From assembly GCA_963677815.1 (NCBI GenBank), contig OY782499.1, forward strand, positions 536,147 to 600,146: a DNA stretch of 64,000 nucleotides. The letters are read 5' to 3'. Both the position numbers and the translations under genes were made by a program. A model generated the notes under the pieces. It had not been told where the DNA came from and made no database searches. It worked only from the letters and a program-made list of their open reading frames with translations. Positions 9,817-17,466 of this stretch are shown here, in pieces. The number at the start of each line of letters is the position of its first letter. Position 1 is the first letter of the stretch. The stretch comes from Candidatus Cloacimonadales bacterium. GTDB taxonomy: Bacteria > Cloacimonadota > Cloacimonadia > Cloacimonadales > JAFGVF01.

Positions 9817-12800
9817 TTAAATCTCATAATTAAATAAATCTTTAATTTGGTCAACAGACATTGATTTAAGAATATTATCATTATTCTCAATAATTTCTTC
9901 GAAAAGTTCTTTCTTACTATTCTGTAATGAAATTATTTTTTCTTCAACTGTCCCTTTGGAGATAAGTTTATAGACTTGAACTTTTTTAGTTTGTCCTATT
10001 CTATGAGCCCTATCAATAGCTTGATTTTCTATCATTGGATTCCACCATGGATCTGTTAGAATGACTGTGTCAGCCGAGGTTAGGTTTAAACCATAGCCAC
10101 CTGTTTTCAAGCTTATAAGAAAGACTTTTATTTTAGTGTTATTATTGAAATTTTCAATATGCTTTTGTCTGTCCTTAGTCTTACCATCAAGATATTCATA
10201 AGGGATTTCATGCTTTTCTAACATTTTTTTAATGATTTGAAGCATACCTATAAACTGGCTGAAAACTAAGATTTTTCTATCTGAATCTATGGCATCAAGA
10301 ATTAGTTCTTGGAGAAGTTCAACCTTACTAGAAATCTCAAAATCGGATTTAATTGATTTTTCAACTAGACTAGGATGGTCGCAGATTTGTCTAAGTTTCA
10401 TCAGAGCCGTTAAAATATTAATATAATTTATCTTATTTTCACCATTATTATCTTGATTTTGATTGAAATAAGATTTATTAATATCTTCTAGAAGTTGCAT
10501 ATAAACTTTTTCTTGAACTGGAGAAAGCTTACAAAAAGCAATTTGTTCTTGCTTGTTAGGAAGTTCCAATAAAACATCTCTCTTCTTTCTTCTCAAAATG
10601 AAGGGTGAAATCATCTTATTTAAATCTTCTCTTCTACTAACATTTTCAGCTCCAGAGAAAGTTCTCACAAATCTCTGCTTGCTCATAAGATAGTTTGGCA
10701 ATAGAAAATCAAACAAGGACCATATTTCTGAAATATCATTTTCTAAAGGTGTACCAGTAAGGGCTATCCTATGCTGAGATTTTAATTTTTTTATTGCTTT
10801 AGTTCTTAGGGCTGACACATTTTTAATGTGTTGGGCTTCATCAAGAACTACATAATAGAAGTTAGTTTCTCCCAAGACTTCTATGTCGTTTTGAATAATA
10901 GAATAAGAAGCAATCAAGATATCATAATTAACTTTCTCAAGCATTTCTAATCTTTCTTGTTTACTGCCCTCATAAATGACAAAAGATTTATCAAGTTTGA
11001 ATTTTTTAAATTCTGCTGCCCAGTTATAAATCAATGTCTTAGGACAAATAATTATACTCTTATGGCCTGCTGGAACTTCTGCCAAAACCGAAATAGCTTG
11101 TATAGTCTTTCCCAATCCCATTTCATCTGCTAGAATACCATTTAGTTGATAGTGTTCAAGCATCTTTAGCCATTTATAACCAGATCTTTGATAAGACCGC
11201 ATAATATGATTTATAAAGAAGGGTACTTCTGGTGAATTTTTCAGCTTACCAGAAATTAAATCTTGTGACATTGAGTCAATATACTTATCCCCATAGAGCT
11301 TAATTGCAGGATTATCATTTACTAACTTAAAGAAATAAGGAATATTTTGATAGCTCATTGAATAGACTTTATCTTTAGATTCTTCTGATTTGTTTAGTAA
11401 ATTCTCCATCTGGTTAAAGACTTCCCTATTTTCGAAAAAGATTAGCCTACCATCTGCCAAAGTCATGAATTTTTGATTTGATTTAAAGAATTTCTTGAGC
11501 TCTTGGTGGGTAAATTTAAAATCTTTATACTTGTAAGTTACTTCATACTTAAACCAATTAATCTCATCTTTTGTCTGAGTTTTAATCTCTGCTTGTAGGT
11601 GAACTTTATAGACAAAGTCTTTTTTTAATTCATCAGAAAGTTGAATATTCCAATCTTCATTAGATAATTCAAATATAGCTTTTTTAAGTAGGTCAATACT
11701 AAGAGCTCCCTCGAAATATAGCTGAGAATCACTTTCTAGTCTCTGGTACTGAGGATTTGGTAGTTTTTCCAAAAACTCAAATACTTCCTTGAAAACAACA
11801 GGTGGGATATAAAACCAAGCCTTTTCCCCAACTTCATATTCATAATTTATTAAATTAGAGTTCAACCTTATCATTGATAAAGGTAAAGAAATAATATCAT
11901 TATAGATAAGAGAACCATTCATTACAACTGCTTCCCCTTCCTTACTAAGTTGGAAATAAATCTTTGGTCTATTATCATAAATTGCAGGTAGTTCTATGTC
12001 CTCATCTATATCAAGGTAGTAGTTGGCTAAATTCAGTTGTTTAGCAACAACAGCATGATAATAAACAATATCTTTGGGACTAAGAATAATACCAGTCTCT
12101 AACATCTCTTTAAAGATATTGCTTTTGAAGGGTAAATCTACTTTATAAAGTTCATTTCTAATAAAAATATATATGGAATTAAAATAAAAAGATGCTGAAA
12201 TATCATGTTCAAATTCAGCTCTTAAAAGAGCTTTATCTTTCGTTAGTTTTTTAACATTAAAATGAATAGGTAACTTATTATCTTGCCAAACTATCTTATC
12301 CCCTGTTTCAGCAATAAAGATTTTATCTTGTAAGTTTCTTAAATGGGGTAATATGAGATTTAAATCATTCTTATAAAATGAAAAGAAAGAGTTTTTACTA
12401 CTATAAGAACATTTATAATGGTTCAGTACTGCTAGAAGTGTTAGTTCTTCTTCTCGAAAAACAAGCATCTGCCTTTCAGCTCTTTTTAAGTCTCTACTAG
12501 AAGCTTTTTTAACTTCTTTTCCTGCCTTCATATAAGAAATAATCTTTAAATCAAAATCTTCATATCCATTAAAATTCAATCTAATCTTATCTGATTTCTG
12601 ATTAAACAATTCTGAAAGTGTAATATAACTCTTGGCATAACGAGTTTGAAAATCTTCATCAAATTTCAAATCTGAACGATTATAAACTTCAACAATATCA
12701 TCCTCTAAAATATCATCAGATAAATATTTGTAAGCATAGTCTATCACTGTCAAATAATGATTGCAAGATTTATCTAAATCTTCAGAACAATAATGTTCAA

Positions 12801-13014
12801 GAATAGTAGCATTCTCAGCATCATACTTAATTCTTACTATACCTGGAAAAAACTTCTTTAGATAATTTTGTGCGAAAAAACTAAGATTATAATGACCATT
12901 CTGATCTAAACTCTTCCAGAATAAGATGTCACCCTTCTCAGTCTTGATGACATGATCTCTAAAGTACCAAGAATTTGCATGAATATTATACTCTTTTCTA
13001 AATAATTTTGCCAT
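9817..13014 (-). CDS. SNF2-family DEAD/DEAH-box helicase with a ~600-aa uncharacterised N-terminal region
   Basis: Motif I is ADEMGLGKT, motif II is LDEAQHIKN, and motif VI is QAIDRAHRIGQ. The helicase core occupies about the last 460 aa. Confidence 0.85.
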   Translation of the reverse strand: MAKLFRKEYNIHANSWYFRDHVIKTEKGDILFWKSLDQNGHYNLSFFAQNYLKKFFPGIVRIKYDAENATILEHYCSEDLDKSCNHYLTVIDYAYKYLSDDILEDDIVEVYNRSDLKFDEDFQTRYAKSYITLSELFNQKSDKIRLNFNGYEDFDLKIISYMKAGKEVKKASSRDLKRAERQMLVFREEELTLLAVLNHYKCSYSSKNSFFSFYKNDLNLILPHLRNLQDKIFIAETGDKIVWQDNKLPIHFNVKKLTKDKALLRAEFEHDISASFYFNSIYIFIRNELYKVDLPFKSNIFKEMLETGIILSPKDIVYYHAVVAKQLNLANYYLDIDEDIELPAIYDNRPKIYFQLSKEGEAVVMNGSLIYNDIISLPLSMIRLNSNLINYEYEVGEKAWFYIPPVVFKEVFEFLEKLPNPQYQRLESDSQLYFEGALSIDLLKKAIFELSNEDWNIQLSDELKKDFVYKVHLQAEIKTQTKDEINWFKYEVTYKYKDFKFTHQELKKFFKSNQKFMTLADGRLIFFENREVFNQMENLLNKSEESKDKVYSMSYQNIPYFFKLVNDNPAIKLYGDKYIDSMSQDLISGKLKNSPEVPFFINHIMRSYQRSGYKWLKMLEHYQLNGILADEMGLGKTIQAISVLAEVPAGHKSIIICPKTLIYNWAAEFKKFKLDKSFVIYEGSKQERLEMLEKVNYDILIASYSIIQNDIEVLGETNFYYVVLDEAQHIKNVSALRTKAIKKLKSQHRIALTGTPLENDISEIWSLFDFLLPNYLMSKQRFVRTFSGAENVSRREDLNKMISPFILRRKKRDVLLELPNKQEQIAFCKLSPVQEKVYMQLLEDINKSYFNQNQDNNGENKINYINILTALMKLRQICDHPSLVEKSIKSDFEISSKVELLQELILDAIDSDRKILVFSQFIGMLQIIKKMLEKHEIPYEYLDGKTKDRQKHIENFNNNTKIKVFLISLKTGGYGLNLTSADTVILTDPWWNPMIENQAIDRAHRIGQTKKVQVYKLISKGTVEEKIISLQNSKKELFEEIIENNDNILKSMSVDQIKDLFNYEI

Positions 13015-13178
13015 ATTTTTTACCCCAACAGCAATTATAGAGAGTTAACTTAATATGTATAGTTATTTTTTTGATATTATCAATTAGATGGATGCAAGTT
13101 TATTATATTTCTAGCGTTAACTATGATTCTTGTAATTTGAAATTTGTTAATAAAAATGATAAATTTCCTTATGAATAA

Positions 13179-13210
13179 CTAAAAACAAATAGGGGTTAAC
13201 CCCTATTTGT
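13179..13210 (-). terminator. Terminator of kamE (hairpin overlaps the stop codon)
   Basis: An 11-bp stem acaaatagggg/cccctatttgt with loop ttaa. On the minus strand it is followed by a TTTTT run. Confidence 0.75.
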
Positions 13211-13952
13211 TTAATCTTTCAGCTAATGTTATTGAAATGTAAGAAGCAACATCAGTGGAATAAGAACCGGTACCAAAACCTGCATCATATCCTAATTCTA
13301 CAGCAAGTTCATGATTTATTCTTGGTCCACCACAAACAAAGAGCATTTTATCTCTTAAACCCTCTGCTTCTGCCATCTCCATTAGTTTAGTTAAATTCTT
13401 TATATGGATATCTTTTTGGGTAACAATTTGTGAAACTAAAATAGCATCAGCATTTTCTTCTCTAGCTTTTTTTAATAATTCTTCACATGGAACCTGAGCA
13501 CCCATATTGATAGCATTAATATTTCTGTATCTTTCTAAGCCATAACGATGATTATAACCCTTCATATTCATAATTGCATCAATTCCCACAGTATGAGCAT
13601 CACTCTCAATACAAGCCCCAATAATAGTGATACTTCTACCAATATGTTCATCTATATAATCTTCATTCTCATACATATCCATGACATTTGTTTCAACAAC
13701 TTTAACATGGATTTGAGTCAAATCAACAGAGGCACTAGATGTGCCATAAGCTATGAATTGAGTGAAACCTTCATGTAAGTCATTCATATAACAAACATCT
13801 ATATCATCAACTCCCATTTTAACTAATATCTGGCGAGCTGCTTCTTTACCTTGTTCATTACAGGGAACAGGAAGTGAAAATGAGAACTGCATTCTACCAT
13901 CGTTAAGAGTATCACCGTAAGGACGTATTTGGGTTTTATCTATTGTACTCAT
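13203..13952 (-). CDS. kamE: Lysine 5,6-aminomutase beta subunit (B12-binding)
   Basis: Has the DxHxxG cobalamin-binding motif (ESDAHTVGID). The size (249 aa) and the position directly downstream of kamD both fit. Confidence 0.85.
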   Translation of the reverse strand: MSTIDKTQIRPYGDTLNDGRMQFSFSLPVPCNEQGKEAARQILVKMGVDDIDVCYMNDLHEGFTQFIAYGTSSASVDLTQIHVKVVETNVMDMYENEDYIDEHIGRSITIIGACIESDAHTVGIDAIMNMKGYNHRYGLERYRNINAINMGAQVPCEELLKKAREENADAILVSQIVTQKDIHIKNLTKLMEMAEAEGLRDKMLFVCGGPRINHELAVELGYDAGFGTGSYSTDVASYISITLAERLNK

Positions 13953-13961
13953 CTTTCCTCC

Positions 13962-15524
13962 TTATTTATTTAATCCTAATTCTTCTTTCATCTTTTCCAT
14001 AAAAGGATTCAAATATGCTTGGTCTCTTTGGAAAACACCTTCAAGACCTTTACCACGTTCTTCTGGACGTTTAATATCAGCAAACTCACCATCTCTCATA
14101 GCATTGAAAAGACCTTGTTCTGCAACTCTTTGTAAGAATTCAGTAGCTTCTTCTAAAACACTATTAGCCCTCTTGTTAATAAAGCCATCTGGGTCAAGAG
14201 TAACTTCTTTAGCAAAATCTTTAGTAGCTGAGAAAAGATAATTAGCATTTTCAATCGCCATAGCTCTATCTGCCAAGTGAGGTGTATGAATAGCTTCAGT
14301 TAACATACCAAGTAATTGAACACCTTGATTTGTAACCTGGCCTATAAAGTTAAACATAGCATCCATAAGATGTGTTTTAAAGATATTACCTGAAGCAAAC
14401 TTTGTTGGAGGCATATATTTAGTAGGTGCTGTTGGGAAAAGTGTGCTTGTAAGTAAAGCATGGGATAATTCATAAGAGAAAGAGTTTTCTACAGTTGGGT
14501 CAATTTCATGGGCATGACCAAGACCCATCTTCTCAGGTTCTAAACCAGAAATATAAGCAAACTGCTCATTAATAAGCTGAGAAGCAGTAACTGTGTATGC
14601 CTTCTCAATAGCATCAGAAGTAGTAAGATAGTTATCTTCACCTGTCTGAATTTCGATTCCTGCATAAGCATTAATCATTCTAGAGAAATATTGGTCAAGA
14701 ATTGTTCTTTTAGGATTGATATCACGGAAAAGAATACCATACATAGCATCATTAAGCATAACATCTAATCTTTCAATTGCTCCCATAGCTGCTATCTCAG
14801 GCATACATAAACCGGAAGCATAGTTGGTTAAGGAAATGTATCTTTTAAGTTCATCCCCTACTTCATCCAAAGCCTTACGCATTATCTTGAAATTCTCTTG
14901 AGTAGCAAAAGTTCCACCAAATCCAACTGTTGTTGCACCATAAGGAACATAGTCTAATAAAGATTGAGCTGTAGATCTAATAACTGCTATAATATCTGCA
15001 CCTTGACGTGCCGCAGCCTTAGCCTGAGTCACATCCTCATAAATATTTCCTGTTGCTACGATAACATAAAGGGCTGGTCTTCTGCGTGGACCATACTCTT
15101 TGAACTTGCCTTCTCTTAATTCTCTTTGAGATTTTATGTGAGCTAACGACTTGGTAACTAGTTCATCTAATTTAGCTAAAACTAACTTATCATCTGCTTT
15201 CTCAACCTGTGACAAATCTAATTCACCCTCAACAAGTGCATTTCCAACTTCTTGAACAGTCATATCTTTTGATATCATAGCATTTACAACCCAGTAAGCT
15301 GCACCACGATTAAGAATATTCTTCTCTTTAAGATGATCTACCACAATATTAGGTATAGGTTCGCCACCTTCAATTGCACCATCCATACCCATAAGCCTGA
15401 GAATTGTTCTCTCAATAGCTACTGAACTATATCCGTTGAAAAGCCATTCAAATGACTCAGCTATCTGCTTTGCATAACCACGAGCTGTGGCTATTTTCTC
15501 AGGAGCAATATTTAATTTAAGCAC
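13962..15524 (-). CDS. kamD: Lysine 5,6-aminomutase alpha subunit
   Basis: A 520-aa protein with KamD-like sequence throughout. It uses a GTG start at 15524 with GGAGGA 3 nt upstream, and it is paired with kamE. Confidence 0.85.
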   Translation of the reverse strand: MLKLNIAPEKIATARGYAKQIAESFEWLFNGYSSVAIERTILRLMGMDGAIEGGEPIPNIVVDHLKEKNILNRGAAYWVVNAMISKDMTVQEVGNALVEGELDLSQVEKADDKLVLAKLDELVTKSLAHIKSQRELREGKFKEYGPRRRPALYVIVATGNIYEDVTQAKAAARQGADIIAVIRSTAQSLLDYVPYGATTVGFGGTFATQENFKIMRKALDEVGDELKRYISLTNYASGLCMPEIAAMGAIERLDVMLNDAMYGILFRDINPKRTILDQYFSRMINAYAGIEIQTGEDNYLTTSDAIEKAYTVTASQLINEQFAYISGLEPEKMGLGHAHEIDPTVENSFSYELSHALLTSTLFPTAPTKYMPPTKFASGNIFKTHLMDAMFNFIGQVTNQGVQLLGMLTEAIHTPHLADRAMAIENANYLFSATKDFAKEVTLDPDGFINKRANSVLEEATEFLQRVAEQGLFNAMRDGEFADIKRPEERGKGLEGVFQRDQAYLNPFMEKMKEELGLNK

Positions 15525-15554
15525 CAGTCCTCCAATATTTTATTATTTTTTGTA

Positions 15555-15582
15555 AATTTATCAAACGGGTATAAATAGTCAA
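15555..15582 (-). promoter_or_regulatory. Sigma70-type promoter for kamD-kamE
   Basis: Read on the minus strand: TTGACT (15582-15577), a 16-nt spacer, then TAAATT (15560-15555), about 30 nt upstream of the GTG. Confidence 0.55.
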
Positions 15583-15593
15583 GAAAAAAAAGT

Positions 15594-15733
15594 CTATGGG
15601 ATGAGACCATCTTTGGTCTCAGGTGGAAGCAGGGATGCTTTCACTACTCCTAACTGGGAAAACGGGTATCTTGCCCGTACCAAGCTTTCCAAGCTTGCTT
15701 TTGTGGAAGCAGGGATGCTTCCACTCCATACAA
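15594..15733 (+). repeat. R2 motif, tandem composite A1 (two-hairpin, 15594-15650) plus A2 (three-hairpin, 15651-15733)
   Basis: Hairpins are tgagacca-tctt-tggtctca, gtggaagca-ggga-tgctttcac, acgggta-tct-tgcccgt, caagc-tttccaa-gcttg and gtggaagca-ggga-tgcttccac. The composite ends in the family tail ccactccatacaa. Confidence 0.75.
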
Positions 15734-15753
15734 AATTTCTTCTCTCATTGCTT

Positions 15754-15780
15754 GGGTGGGCTTTTTTATTTCGCCCACCC
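15754..15780. terminator. GC-rich hairpin (terminator-like) between R2-A and the 3' end of the FGE-domain gene
   Basis: An 8-bp stem gggtgggc/gcccaccc with an 11-nt T-rich loop. There is no clean U-tail on either strand, so its function is uncertain. Confidence 0.4.
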
Positions 15781-15832
15781 TCGCATTTCTTTCAGAAATT
15801 TCTTTTGTTGTTTATAGTTTAGCTCAAAAAAA

Positions 15833-17458
15833 CTAATTTAACCTACGAGCCAAGCGGAAGCCCAGATAGTTGTAGCAATTAGACGGGTAATAGTAGTTGC
15901 GATAAGCTACCCGGCAGAAGTTAGCAAAGCCGTACCAGCTACCGCCCCGATACACACGGCGATAGCCACTAGCAGGTCCCACCGGATTAGTCTGAGCATT
16001 GGAAGAATAAGATCCATACCAATCATTACACCACTCATAAACATTACCGGACATATCATATATACCTAAACCATTAGGAGCCTTAGTTCCTACATTGTGT
16101 GTCGTGGAACTGGAATTATCATAATACCAAGCCACACTATTAATATCATCAGAACCTGCATAAAGGTAATCTGGATTATAAGTCCCACCTCTGGCTGCAT
16201 ATTCCCATTCTGCTTCTGTTGGTAACCTGTAGCCATTGGCTGAGTAATCACATTCCCAAGTACTAGTATTATAGCATGGTGTTAAACCTTCTTGAATACT
16301 TCTGGCATTACAGTATTCAACTGCATCATACCAGCTTACTTGTTCCACAGGTTTATCTAAACCTGAGAAATAAGAAGGATTAGTCCCCATCACAGCTTGA
16401 TATTCAGCTTGAGTAACTTCATATTTACCTATATAAAACGATGAGAGACTTACTTGGTGGGTTGGGACTTCGTCAGAATCTCCTGTTCCTGTTGTTCTTC
16501 CCATAGTGAAAGTCCCTGCAGGTACTAAAACAAAATTATCTGGTATCGTATATATTTCCTCTTCTACAAAAGCACTTTCAAAATCTTGATAAAAGCTTTT
16601 AACTCGATAAAGGTAAATAGATGATGATTCAATATCGCTATCTTCATACTCTTGAGAATTTGCACCCAAGACTGCATACTCTTCTATCCAGTCTTCATTA
16701 TCCTTTTTCCTTGCTATTTTAAATCCATCTTCACCCTGATTATTGTCTACCCAAGACAAATAAACTGATATAAGAGATGTTTGGACTATTTGTAAATTGC
16801 TTGGTGGTGTGAACTCATTATTAACAGAAGTTTCAATAAAATCTGAGTTTACTGTTTCATAATAACTCATTACTCTGTATACATATTCAGAATTAGGCAG
16901 AATTGAATTATCTTCATACTCTAGAGAATTTTGTTCCAATACAGCATATTCTTCTATCCAGTCGTCAGTATCCTTTTTCCTTGCTATTTTAAAGCCTTCT
17001 TCCCACTGATTATTGTCTTCCCAAGTCAATCGAACTGATGTAGGAGATGTTTGGACTATTTGCAAATTTCTTGGTGGTGAGAACTCAGTATTAATAGTAG
17101 TTTCAATAAACTCTGAGCTTATCTCATCATAACATGCCTTCACCCTATACTTATACTCACTATTAGGTATGATATTGCTATCAATATACTCCGTTAAACT
17201 CTCTGTTACTGTAGCATAATCTACATTCCAATCTTCATTATCCTTTTTTCTTGCGATTTTAAATCCTTCTTCACTCAATGAGTTATCTTGCCAAGTTAAC
17301 CTACATTTATTAACAGCTATTTGTTCAATATTGAGATTAGAAGGTCCTGGTAATGTGTAAGAGGGGTCATAAGGATTCACAAAATCATCATTATCACATG
17401 ACCCTATTATTAAAGCAGTAAGTATTAATATTATTAAATTAATAAGTTTTTTTTGCAT
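15833..17458 (-). CDS. Lipoprotein with three Fn3-like repeats and a C-terminal formylglycine-generating-enzyme (SUMF1/FGE-sulfatase) domain
   Basis: Lipobox IIGSC. There are three ~90-aa repeats (LTWxDNxxxEEGFKIARKKDxxDW...YxYRV). The FGE-type C-terminus includes GNVYEWCNDWY and RVYRGGSW. I moved the start to the ATG at 17458, which has AGGAGG upstream. The track start at 17497 overlaps the upstream gene. Confidence 0.8.
   Translation of the reverse strand: MQKKLINLIILILTALIIGSCDNDDFVNPYDPSYTLPGPSNLNIEQIAVNKCRLTWQDNSLSEEGFKIARKKDNEDWNVDYATVTESLTEYIDSNIIPNSEYKYRVKACYDEISSEFIETTINTEFSPPRNLQIVQTSPTSVRLTWEDNNQWEEGFKIARKKDTDDWIEEYAVLEQNSLEYEDNSILPNSEYVYRVMSYYETVNSDFIETSVNNEFTPPSNLQIVQTSLISVYLSWVDNNQGEDGFKIARKKDNEDWIEEYAVLGANSQEYEDSDIESSSIYLYRVKSFYQDFESAFVEEEIYTIPDNFVLVPAGTFTMGRTTGTGDSDEVPTHQVSLSSFYIGKYEVTQAEYQAVMGTNPSYFSGLDKPVEQVSWYDAVEYCNARSIQEGLTPCYNTSTWECDYSANGYRLPTEAEWEYAARGGTYNPDYLYAGSDDINSVAWYYDNSSSTTHNVGTKAPNGLGIYDMSGNVYEWCNDWYGSYSSNAQTNPVGPASGYRRVYRGGSWYGFANFCRVAYRNYYYPSNCYNYLGFRLARRLN
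16560..17345 (-). repeat. Intragenic tandem repeat, 3 x 270 nt (the Fn3-like modules)
   Basis: cttctatccagtc at 16681 and 16951, and ctacattccaatc at 17221, give an exact 270-nt period. Units 2 and 3 are highly similar at the DNA level. Confidence 0.8.
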
Positions 17459-17466
17459 CTTTCCTC

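Noticed and set aside
15601-15822. Track ORFs 15601-15822 and 15623-15817 (73 and 64 aa) inside the kamD/FGE intergenic region
   Set aside because: They overlap the R2-A hairpin array and the GC-rich hairpin. Variation between R2 copies preserves base pairing, not codons. The same sequence elsewhere is read in other frames and on the other strand. There is no RBS.
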